Assembly: GCA_963737265.1 (NCBI GenBank) | Contig: CAVTRY010000016.1 | Location: 288,001 to 352,000, forward strand | DNA from: an uncultured delta proteobacterium | GTDB lineage: Bacteria > Myxococcota_A > Polyangia > Fen-1088 | Reading direction: 5' to 3' | Length of the DNA stretch: 64,000 nucleotides | In this document: positions 1 to 8,160 of the stretch, piece by piece | Layout: every line of letters begins with the position of its first letter | Position numbering within the stretch: the first letter of the stretch is position 1 | The notes under the pieces: generated by a model | Database searches by the model: none | The model's input: the letters and a program-made list of their open reading frames with translations, nothing else | Told to the model about the DNA's origin: nothing | Program-made: the position numbers and the translations under genes

Positions 1-9
1 TGTCGGCAC

Positions 10-1416
10 GTGAAAATTCAGCTCGTCTATCCAGATCCGAACCCGCGCGTGGGGCTAAGTGGGCGAAAGGTCGAGAGCGCTGCGCTCCAGCTCCTGGCGG
101 CGATCACTCCGGCTGAGCACGAGGTGTCCATCGTGCAGGAGCACCTGGGCGATCCCGTGCGCTTCGACGACGCCAAGGTCGATCTGGTGGGCATCACCGC
201 CATGACGATTCAGGCCCGCCGAGCCTACGAAATCGCGGACGGTTATCGCAGCGCGGGCAAGACGGTGGTTCTGGGCGGAATTCATCCGTCGGTGCGGCCC
301 GACGAGGCGCTGCTGCATGCGGACGCCGTGGTCGTCGGCGAGGCCGAGCCGGTCTGGCCGCAAGTCCTCGCCGATGCGGCGAGCGGCAAACTGCGCGGCA
401 GCTATCGTGGCCAGGACTATGCGGATCTGCGCCAGCTTCCGCACTACCGGCGCGATCTCTTCCCCAAGCGGTCGACCTTCTCGCTCGGAGCGGTGCAAGC
501 CGCGCGCGGCTGTCCCTACGATTGTTCGTTTTGTTCCGCCACCTTGTTCGCGGGGCGCAAATACCGCTTTCGCCCGGTCGAGAACGTCATCGCGGAGATC
601 AAAAGCATGAACACGCGCGTCGTGTTCTTTCTCGATGACAACATCTTTTCTAGCGAACCCTACTGTCGTGCGCTCTTCTCCGAGCTCAAAAAGCTCGACA
701 TCATCTGGGTCGGGCAGGCCTCGCTGCATCTCACCGCCAGCAACCCCGCCCTGCTCAAGCTGGCGGCCGAGAGCGGCTGCTTCTCCCTGTTTGTCGGCAT
801 CGAATCGCTTTCCGAAGCCAACCTGCGAGCCGCCGGTGCGCTGGCGAAGAACAAGGCCAGTTCGCCCGCGCAGCTGGGCGCGAGCCTTCGCGTCCTGCAC
901 GAGCACGGCATCATGGTCATGGCCGGCGTAATCTTCGGATTCGACGACGACGATGCGGGGGTGTTTGCGCGCACGCGCGAGTTTCTCCTCGACCATCGCG
1001 TGGGGCACGGATCGTTCTCGGCCCTGACCCCGTTCCCGGGTACGCGGCTGTTCGACGAGCTGCACGCCCAGTCGCGCATCACCACCTACGACTGGTCGAA
1101 ATACGACGGCGCCACGGCGGTGTTCTTGCCCAAGCGCATGACCGCGGAGGAATTGCAGGAGGGAACGCGCCAAATGGGCGTGAACTTCTACAGCACGCCG
1201 CAGATCCTGCGCCGGCTTTGGGTGAACCGCCACCATCCCCTCATCTACCTCGGGACCAGCTTTGCCTGGCGGCATTCGTGCAGGGTGGAGAACAACGTTC
1301 CCTTGCTGGCTCGCAGCGGCCGCTGGAAGAAGGGCCACGAAACATTGGACGTGCCCAGTCTAGAACCCTTGGCCGATGCAAGGTTGCTTGCTGCGTCGGA
1401 CCAGGGCGCCGAGTAA
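10..1416 (+). CDS. B12-binding domain radical SAM protein
   Basis: N-terminal cobalamin-binding domain (DLVGITAMT...VVLGGIHPS...VVVGEAE) and CxxxCxxC motif RGCPYDCSFC; GIES motif; GTG start. Confidence 0.9.
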   Translation: MKIQLVYPDPNPRVGLSGRKVESAALQLLAAITPAEHEVSIVQEHLGDPVRFDDAKVDLVGITAMTIQARRAYEIADGYRSAGKTVVLGGIHPSVRPDEALLHADAVVVGEAEPVWPQVLADAASGKLRGSYRGQDYADLRQLPHYRRDLFPKRSTFSLGAVQAARGCPYDCSFCSATLFAGRKYRFRPVENVIAEIKSMNTRVVFFLDDNIFSSEPYCRALFSELKKLDIIWVGQASLHLTASNPALLKLAAESGCFSLFVGIESLSEANLRAAGALAKNKASSPAQLGASLRVLHEHGIMVMAGVIFGFDDDDAGVFARTREFLLDHRVGHGSFSALTPFPGTRLFDELHAQSRITTYDWSKYDGATAVFLPKRMTAEELQEGTRQMGVNFYSTPQILRRLWVNRHHPLIYLGTSFAWRHSCRVENNVPLLARSGRWKKGHETLDVPSLEPLADARLLAASDQGAE

Positions 1417-1475
1417 GAGCGAAATCAGAGACCCCGCCAAGTTGGCCGCCACCAGCTAGAATTGGGGCCATCCCA

Positions 1476-2660
1476 ATGTCCACCAGCGGTCAAGCGCTTT
1501 CCCTCACCGTGCATTCCGGAGTCAGCGACCTCGCACCGGCCGACTGGGACGCGCTGGTGGACGGCGACGATCCCTTCCTCGAGCACGCCTTCCTGGCGGC
1601 ACTCGAACGTTCGGGCAGCGTCGGTCCCGACACCGGGTGGGAGCCGCGCATCCTGGTCGCACATCAGGGATCGCGGCCGGTGGGCGCCGTGCCGCTCTAT
1701 CTCAAGTACGACAGCATGGGGGAGTTCATCTGGGATTTTGCCTGGGCGCACGGGGCACAAAACGCCGGCATCCGCTACTTTCCCAAGCTGGTCGCGGCGG
1801 CTCCCTTCACGCCGGCGGGAGGCCGCCGCCTGCTCGTGCACCCTGGCGCGGATCGCCACGTCGTCGCGGCGACGCTCGGCACGGGACTGCGCATGGTTGC
1901 CGACAAGACCGGCGCGTCGTCGATTCACGTCCTCTTTTGCCGCGAGGACGAGCTGGCCTTGCTGGCACCGGCCGGCTTCGTGGCGCGCGCAAGCTACCAA
2001 TTCCAGTGGGCCAACCGCCAGCCCGATCGCTACCGGAGCTTCGACGACTACCTCGGCGAATTCCGCTCGCGCAACCGCAAGCAGGTACGCCACGAACGAG
2101 CGGTGGCGAGCAGCCATGGCTTGCGCATCGTCACCGCGCTCGGCAGCGAGCTCGACGACCGCGCCTGGAACGCGCTCGACCGCTTCTACCGCTCGACCGT
2201 CGATCAATACGGCAACGTGGCCTTCTTGACGCCGGCTTTTTTCGCGGAAATCCGCCGCACACACGCGCATCGCTTGCTCGCCGTGCTGGCCTACCGGGAC
2301 GACGAGCCCGTCGCCGCGACCACCAGCTTCGTTCGCGGCAAGCGGCTCTACGGCCGCTACTGGGGCAGCGCCGAACCGCTTCCCATGTTGCACTTCGAGC
2401 TGTGTTTCTACCGCCTCATCGAATACGCCATCGCGCACGGCCTCGACGGCTTCGAAGGCGGCGCCGGCGGCGAACAAAAGCTCAAGCGCGGCCTGCTACC
2501 GCGCCGCACGTTCAGCGCGCACTGGATCCGCCACCGCGTCCTCGCCCAGGCCATCGCCGACTACGTCGAGCAGGAAGCCGAGACCGTGCGCGAAGAAATG
2601 CGCGCGCATCTCGATAGCTCTCCATTCGCCCGCCGCGAAGAATGCGGTCCCACCAAGTAG
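1476..2660 (+). CDS. GNAT/FemAB-like N-acetyltransferase (COG3146-type)
   Basis: Motifs PFLEHAFLAALE, PLYLKxDSxGEFIWDFAWA, YFPKL..PFTP, LYGRYWG, HFELCFY, EGGAGGEQKLKRG; ATG at 1476 is in frame with ORF 1218-2660. Confidence 0.85.
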   Translation: MSTSGQALSLTVHSGVSDLAPADWDALVDGDDPFLEHAFLAALERSGSVGPDTGWEPRILVAHQGSRPVGAVPLYLKYDSMGEFIWDFAWAHGAQNAGIRYFPKLVAAAPFTPAGGRRLLVHPGADRHVVAATLGTGLRMVADKTGASSIHVLFCREDELALLAPAGFVARASYQFQWANRQPDRYRSFDDYLGEFRSRNRKQVRHERAVASSHGLRIVTALGSELDDRAWNALDRFYRSTVDQYGNVAFLTPAFFAEIRRTHAHRLLAVLAYRDDEPVAATTSFVRGKRLYGRYWGSAEPLPMLHFELCFYRLIEYAIAHGLDGFEGGAGGEQKLKRGLLPRRTFSAHWIRHRVLAQAIADYVEQEAETVREEMRAHLDSSPFARREECGPTK

Positions 2661-2669
2661 ACCGCGCAC

Positions 2670-2813
2670 CACGAACCCTTCGGACAGGGCTTTCTAGAGC
2701 GACTAGCAACGACACCAGACAAGACCCGGAAGGCCAGGCTCCACAAGATCAATGAAGCCTTGAGCAAGGCGGTGCCGCAATTTGTTGAATTGAAATTCGA
2801 AAAGGACGAAGTC
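2670..2813 (+). pseudogene. Internal fragment resembling an AAA_21/ABC-type ATPase
   Basis: Frame reads HEPFGQGFLERLATTPDKTRKARLHKINEALSKAVPQFVELKFEKDEV, which resembles from memory the segment before the SDGT signature of COG4637-like ATPases; no Walker motifs and no proper start. Confidence 0.5.
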
Positions 2814-2860
2814 CGACGCCGAGATTCCCAGGAAAACCACCACGTGGACACCGAAACCCG

Positions 2861-3328
2861 CTACGGCGTGCTGAAGCCGAGAGTCCTCGCAGCGCGAGTC
2901 AGGCCGCCGTCGAAGGCGAGAAAGCGTACCTCGCCATCGAATCCGTCCCTCAGCATGCGCTTGGCTTCCCTGGCTGACGCCAGGTGAATGGCATCGTAAG
3001 TTCGTAGCGGAAACCGCTCGGCCAATTGCCGTGCGTCTCGCAGGACATCTTCACTCAACGCCACTTCTTGGATGGACTCGTCCCAGTATCGTTCAAGCGT
3101 CCCCAGGTGATGGGGCAGGTCAGCAGCCGGGATTCGTCCCAGGTGAACCATGCGCGCCAGACTGACCCATGCCTCGGTGTAGCCCAATTGGCTTACCAGT
3201 AGAACCTCCGCGCCCGCACGTCCCTTGGCGAGCGCCCGGACTTCCGCGCTTCCGTCCTCGTCGACGAACAGCTTCACCAACGCGGACGTGTCGAGGTAGA
3301 GGGCAAAGCCCTCGCGTCGAACAGCCAC
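2861..3328 (-). CDS. vapC: PIN-domain toxin (VapC family)
   Basis: LYLDTSALVKLF..E and LRTYDAIHLASA...FLAFD PIN motifs; abuts the antitoxin stop. Confidence 0.9.
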   Translation of the reverse strand: MAVRREGFALYLDTSALVKLFVDEDGSAEVRALAKGRAGAEVLLVSQLGYTEAWVSLARMVHLGRIPAADLPHHLGTLERYWDESIQEVALSEDVLRDARQLAERFPLRTYDAIHLASAREAKRMLRDGFDGEVRFLAFDGGLTRAARTLGFSTP

Positions 3329-3598
3329 CTACCCCGCCCAATCCATGAGAACGAGCGCCGATGCCATCGGACCGCCGCCTTGTAGCTCTATCAGCTTGGG
3401 CAGCGGCCCCGGGCGCTTGAGCTTGCGCATCGGCATGGCCGAAGCCCCATGCGAAACCAAGTCCGCAATCGGCGTTCCGTGGTTGGTGATGACCACCCGC
3501 ATACCGTCCCTGGCGTGCTTGGTAAGGCCGCTCAAGTTTGCCTTTGCGTCTCTCAAGGAGACGATTTCCTCGTTGGCAAGTCGCGCTGCACGCCGCAT
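3329..3598 (-). CDS. Phd/YefM-family antitoxin
   Basis: VSLRDAKANLSGL...GMRVVITNHGTPIADL Phd signature; directly upstream of the PIN toxin. Confidence 0.85.
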   Translation of the reverse strand: MRRAARLANEEIVSLRDAKANLSGLTKHARDGMRVVITNHGTPIADLVSHGASAMPMRKLKRPGPLPKLIELQGGGPMASALVLMDWAG

Positions 3599-3615
3599 CG
3601 ATAGTCCTTCACATC

Positions 3616-3649
3616 AAGGTAACCCCTTTGTAGTCACCATGCAACTACA
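3616..3649 (-). promoter_or_regulatory. Sigma70-type promoter with palindromic operator for the Phd-VapC operon
   Basis: Minus strand TTGCAT (3644-3639)-N17-TACCTT (3621-3616); inverted repeat TGTAGT-N9-ACTACA (3629-3649) overlaps the -35. Confidence 0.65.
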
Positions 3650-3896
3650 TTCCAGCCGGGCGCGTTCCGCAGCCACAGGACCAGGACGGTCAGCGCCGCA
3701 ATCGCCGCGATGGCGCCAACGACAACGGTGCGAGAATGGCTGCGCGCGGGGTTGTCCTCGCGGACGTCGTTTGTTTCTAGCGCAGCGGCGGCGGACAGCT
3801 CTGGCATTTCCAGCTTCGCGGTCTTCGCTACGAGTCGCCGGGATGCGGTTTGGCGCCGCTCAAGAGCTCGTAAAGGATCACGCCGAGAGCGTAGAT
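3634..3896 (-). pseudogene. Remnant of a membrane-anchored Hanks-type Ser/Thr kinase
   Basis: 3896-3828 reads IYALGVILYELLSGAKPHPGDS* (kinase subdomain IX); a shifted frame follows with linker and TM helix TVVVGAIAAIAALTVLVLWLR. Confidence 0.6.
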
Positions 3897-3950
3897 CCTA
3901 AAGTCCATATCCAGCTCGTGCGTGGATCGCGCGGGCTGGTGGCATATATG

Positions 3951-4086
3951 CGCCTCTCCCCGATGGGGAGAGGCCGCCGGAGTCTGCGTCGGCAGGTGAG
4001 GGGCCACGCGTGTGAAGGCGGATTCTGCTGCCCCTCACCGGCCGCGCTTCGCGCGTCGGCCTCCCCGCGCGGACACGGGGCGAGGC
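3951..4086. repeat. Inverted pair of REP-like palindromic elements
   Basis: GCCTCTCCCC-GATG-GGGAGAGGC hairpin then GGTGAGGGGC (3995-4004); the reverse copy starts GCCCCTCACC (4030-4039); a close relative lies at 16024-16075. Confidence 0.7.
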
Positions 4087-4145
4087 GATAGGGTCGCTGT
4101 GCGGCCGCTTCAAGAGAGGGGAACGTCTCAAAACCCTGAAAGAGG

Positions 4146-5555
4146 CTAAATCCCCTTTTCGGCCAGTTCTTTGGTTACCTTCGCCATGACCTTGCCGTTG
4201 AGCGGATAGAGCATCATGAAGAAGGCGCCGATGAAGCAGGTGATCATTGGGGCCCAGCTCATCATGAAACGCATGATGTCCTTGACCTGCTCGGACTGCG
4301 GCTGGTTGGCCACGTAACCCGCGAGCCCCAGCAGGATGCTGGTCAGCGAGCCGCCGATGGCCCAGCCGAATTTCTGGGCGAACGACCCGGCCGACATGAC
4401 GAGACCGTTCGATGCCGAAGCGCCCTGGTTGCGCATGTAGGCGGCGATGTCGGTGTACATGGCGAACAGGATGGCGCCGGTAGGTCCGGTGAGAAACGAG
4501 AACAGCGCTTGGGTCGCAATGATGGTCGTGATGTTCTTGTTGGGGATGTAATAGAAGTAGATGGAAAGCAGGCCCGACGAGATGATGAGCACATAGTACA
4601 TCTTCTTCTTGTCGATGGTCTTGGCGAAGAAGGTGAACGTAATCACGCCGAGCAGGGCGCAGATGGTGCCGAAGGTGAAAAAGGCACTGACCGCGCCGCC
4701 CTGGAACATCCCCCACCGCGCCACGGCCTCCTGGTCGACGTAGTACTTGAAGTAGTAGGCGGCGACGCCGAAGCGCAGGGTGAACGCGGCAATCGTGAAG
4801 AAGGAGACGAAGAACAGCAGCCACCACGCCCCGCAGCCGAAGATGTTCTTGAGATCCTTGGCGACGTCCCCCTTTTCCTTGTCGTCGGGCTCGATTCTTT
4901 CGCGCGTCAGCTTGCCGGTGGCCAGGAAGCAGACCATGGCCACGACCGCGAACAGGGTCATGACGATGAAGAATCCCTTCTGCTGCTGGCTTTGCCCGTT
5001 GCCGCCGCCGATCTTCGCGACCATGAACATGAGACCACTCGACACGATAAGGCCCGCGACCTGCGCGCCAATCATGCGGAAGAAGCTGGTGCTGCTGCGT
5101 TCGCCCGGCTCGCGCGACATCACACTCATCAGGGCCGAGTAGGGGACGTTGATAAAGGAGTAAACCATGCAAAACACGGTGTAGGTGGCCCAGGCATAGA
5201 CCACCTTGGCCCCCGGCCCGAGGTTGGGGGAGAAGAAGGCGATGCTGCTGACGAGCGCGAAGGGAAGCGCGAACCAGTAGAGATACGGCCGAAACTTGCC
5301 GAGCCCGGGTCGCGGGCGCGTGCGATCGGCGATGAGCCCGACCAGCGGATCGATCACCGTGTCCCAGATGCGGGTGACGAGCAGCATGTAGCCGACCGCT
5401 GTCGAGGATATGCCGAAGACGTCGGTGTAGAAGAAGTTCCCGAACAGAACAAAGGGCATCCAGAATAGGTTCGAGGCGAAGTCCCCGAGCGCGTAGCCGA
5501 ACTTCTCGATGAACGGAATCACTTGGGATGGATCGACGGTGCGCTGTTCCGACAT
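4146..5555 (-). CDS. Glycoside-pentoside-hexuronide (GPH) MFS sugar symporter
   Basis: EKFGYALGDFASN, FFYTDVFGI, RIWDTVIDPLVGLIADRT, GKFRPY, NVPYSAL motifs; about 12 TM segments. Confidence 0.9.
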   Translation of the reverse strand: MSEQRTVDPSQVIPFIEKFGYALGDFASNLFWMPFVLFGNFFYTDVFGISSTAVGYMLLVTRIWDTVIDPLVGLIADRTRPRPGLGKFRPYLYWFALPFALVSSIAFFSPNLGPGAKVVYAWATYTVFCMVYSFINVPYSALMSVMSREPGERSSTSFFRMIGAQVAGLIVSSGLMFMVAKIGGGNGQSQQQKGFFIVMTLFAVVAMVCFLATGKLTRERIEPDDKEKGDVAKDLKNIFGCGAWWLLFFVSFFTIAAFTLRFGVAAYYFKYYVDQEAVARWGMFQGGAVSAFFTFGTICALLGVITFTFFAKTIDKKKMYYVLIISSGLLSIYFYYIPNKNITTIIATQALFSFLTGPTGAILFAMYTDIAAYMRNQGASASNGLVMSAGSFAQKFGWAIGGSLTSILLGLAGYVANQPQSEQVKDIMRFMMSWAPMITCFIGAFFMMLYPLNGKVMAKVTKELAEKGI

Positions 5556-5722
5556 GGTTTCCTCATTCTCGACCCGGCCGGGTCTGTCGCGTGTGGCGGG
5601 CAAGTTAACATCGACCCGCCAAGGTTCCTAGCCCAGTGTTCTCGCCGTCCTTACCGGCTCCGGCACGCCTTGACGCCTGCTTTGACTTGCACCCGGCCCG
5701 GGGGTTAAATCGCGAAACTTCC

Positions 5723-8125
5723 ATGAGCACCAAGAGCGAAGCTCTCCTCTCCAATCCCTACGGCTACTACGACGCCGACCAGCGCGAGTACGTGATCACG
5801 CGGCCGGATACGCCCACGCCATGGTTCAACTTTATCGGCGAGGGTCGCTACGGCGGCATTGTTTCGAACGCGGCGGGCGGCTTTGCCTTCGACCGCGACC
5901 CCAAGAACCGACGCGTTTCTCGCTACCGCTACAACGCCCTGCCCGCGGATCAACCCGGCCGCTACATCTATATCCGCGACATGGAGAGCGGAAAGTATTG
6001 GAGCCCGACGGCGCAGCCCACGCCCGCGGTGAAGCTCTTGGCCTACGAATGCCGCCACGGCGCCGGCTACACCAAGATCGCCAGCAACTACAATGGCATC
6101 GTCGCCAGCCTGCTCTACTTCGTACCGCCCGCGCCGGCGGACGAGACCTGCCCGTGCGAGCTGTGGGTGCTCAAAGTCAAGAATACGGGTAAGAAGCCGC
6201 GCAAGCTGCGCACGTTTTCCTATATCGAGTTCAGCTTCCGCGATGCTCTCGGCGATCAACTGAACCTCGACTGGTGCCAGCACATCCTCGAGGCGCGGGT
6301 GAAAGACGGCATCATCACCTCGAAAACGCGCTTCGCCCCGACGACAAACTTCTTCGCTTCCAGCGTGAAGCCGGCGGGCTTTGAAACCGACCGCGAAATC
6401 TTCGTCGGGCGCTGGCGCGATCTTTCGAATCCCGAGATGGTGGAAAGCGGCAAGCCCACCAACACGCAGGCCGCGCGCGGCAACAACATCGGCAGCCTGT
6501 GCCACAACCTGACCCTGGCACCCGGCGAGGAAAAAGAGATCGTCTTCATCATGGGCGTGACCGACGAGCCGGCGCGCATCGCCAAGGTGGTGGGCAAGTT
6601 CCGCGCGCCCAAGAACGTCGCCGCCGCCTACGACGCGTTGAACGCCGACTGGAACGACTACCTTGGCCGCTTCACCGTCGAGACGCCCGACCCCATCGTC
6701 AATGCCATGCTGAACGTTTGGAATCCCATCCAGTGCCGCACCACCTTGTTCTGGTCGCGCTTCGTTTCGGCCTATGAAACTGGCACCGGACGCGGCATGG
6801 GCACGCGCGATTCGGCGCAAGACACCCTGGGCACGGTTCACAACGCCGCCGCGCGCGCCCGTTCGACCCTGACCATGTTGTGGCACCTGCAATACCAGGA
6901 TGGCCACACTTGGCACCAGGTGTTGCCCCTCACCGGCGAAGGCGGCCCCGGGCTTGCGGCGGAATTTCCCCAGTGGCCGCAGTGGTTCTCGGACGACCAT
7001 CTGTGGTTGATCCTGGGCGTGTGCTCGTACCTGCGCGAGACCGGCGACCTTGGCTATCTCGACGAAAAGGTCGCCTACACCGACGGGGGCGAGGACACCA
7101 TCTGGAATCACATGCTGCGCGCAGTGCAATTCACGCTCGACCACCGCGGCCCGCAGGGCCTGCCACGCATCGGATTTTCCGACTGGGACGACACGATGAA
7201 CGTGGATCACGGCAGCGGCAAGGCGGAAAGCGTGTGGGTCGGCCAGCACTTTTGCCGGGCCATGCTGGATCTGGCCGACCTCTCGGATCACCTCAAGGCA
7301 ACGGCGGACGCGACACGCTTCCGCGCCCTGCACGCCGAGATGGCGGCGATCATCAACAAGGTCGCCTGGGATGGGCAATGGTACGCCCGCGCCTACGACG
7401 ACGAGGGCAAACCGGTCGGCGTCGCAAGCGAAACCCACCATAAGATCGCGCTCAACACGCAAACCTGGGCTGCCATCGGCGAAGCCGCGCCACCCGAGCG
7501 GGCCAGGCAAGCGATGGAGAGCGCGCACAAGAAGCTCAACAGCAAGTTCGGACTTGCCCTGCTGTGGCCGGCCTACACCAAGGGCGACGAGCGCGTGCGC
7601 GGCACCACCACCTATCCGCCGGGCGCCAAGGAAAACGGCGGCATTTTCTGCCACGCCAATACCTGGGCCATCGTTGCCGCCGCCAAGCTCGGCATGGCCG
7701 AGCGGGCGATGCAGTACTACCTACAAATCACGCCCTTCACTCGCAAGGACGTCGACTGCATGAAGGTCGAGCCCTACGTCTATTGCGGCAACATCGCCGG
7801 CCCCGAGCACGAACAGTTCGGCTACGCCCGCAACGCCTGGCTATCCGGCACGGCCTCGTGGACCTACGTCGCCGGCACGCAGTGGATCCTCGGCATCCGC
7901 CCGACCTATCAGGGATTGCAAATCTCGCCCGCCATTCCCGACAAATGGAAAGGCTTCAAAGCCTCGCGCGTCTTCCGCGGCGTTCGCTACGCCATCGAGG
8001 TCAAACGCCAGGGAAAGGGCAACAAGGTCGCCTTGACCATCGACGGAAAACCAGTGGCCGGATCGGTCGTGCCGCTGCCCGCGCAGGGCACGAAAGAGGT
8101 CAAGGTCGAGGTGCGGCTGGGGTAG
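5723..8125 (+). CDS. GH94 glycoside phosphorylase (cellobiose/chitobiose phosphorylase-like)
   Basis: REYVITRPDTPTPW, RYRYN...DQPGRYIYIRD, GRGMGTRDSAQD, SDWDD catalytic region, PPGAKENGGIFCHAN, EPYVY, WLSGTASW. Confidence 0.92.
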   Translation: MSTKSEALLSNPYGYYDADQREYVITRPDTPTPWFNFIGEGRYGGIVSNAAGGFAFDRDPKNRRVSRYRYNALPADQPGRYIYIRDMESGKYWSPTAQPTPAVKLLAYECRHGAGYTKIASNYNGIVASLLYFVPPAPADETCPCELWVLKVKNTGKKPRKLRTFSYIEFSFRDALGDQLNLDWCQHILEARVKDGIITSKTRFAPTTNFFASSVKPAGFETDREIFVGRWRDLSNPEMVESGKPTNTQAARGNNIGSLCHNLTLAPGEEKEIVFIMGVTDEPARIAKVVGKFRAPKNVAAAYDALNADWNDYLGRFTVETPDPIVNAMLNVWNPIQCRTTLFWSRFVSAYETGTGRGMGTRDSAQDTLGTVHNAAARARSTLTMLWHLQYQDGHTWHQVLPLTGEGGPGLAAEFPQWPQWFSDDHLWLILGVCSYLRETGDLGYLDEKVAYTDGGEDTIWNHMLRAVQFTLDHRGPQGLPRIGFSDWDDTMNVDHGSGKAESVWVGQHFCRAMLDLADLSDHLKATADATRFRALHAEMAAIINKVAWDGQWYARAYDDEGKPVGVASETHHKIALNTQTWAAIGEAAPPERARQAMESAHKKLNSKFGLALLWPAYTKGDERVRGTTTYPPGAKENGGIFCHANTWAIVAAAKLGMAERAMQYYLQITPFTRKDVDCMKVEPYVYCGNIAGPEHEQFGYARNAWLSGTASWTYVAGTQWILGIRPTYQGLQISPAIPDKWKGFKASRVFRGVRYAIEVKRQGKGNKVALTIDGKPVAGSVVPLPAQGTKEVKVEVRLG

Positions 8126-8160
8126 GCGTCGTCCCGGCGCCGAAGCCGAGGCAGGTTCGT

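Noticed and set aside
55-1338. Long antisense and alternative-frame ORFs here and across the window (e.g. 5705-7654, 26988-28691, 61419-63155)
   Set aside because: Shadows of high-GC3 genes; no recognisable motifs and full overlap with well-supported CDSs
5596-5720. GTTAA motifs as a LacI-type operator for GPH/GH94
   Set aside because: No convincing palindrome and no regulator nearby
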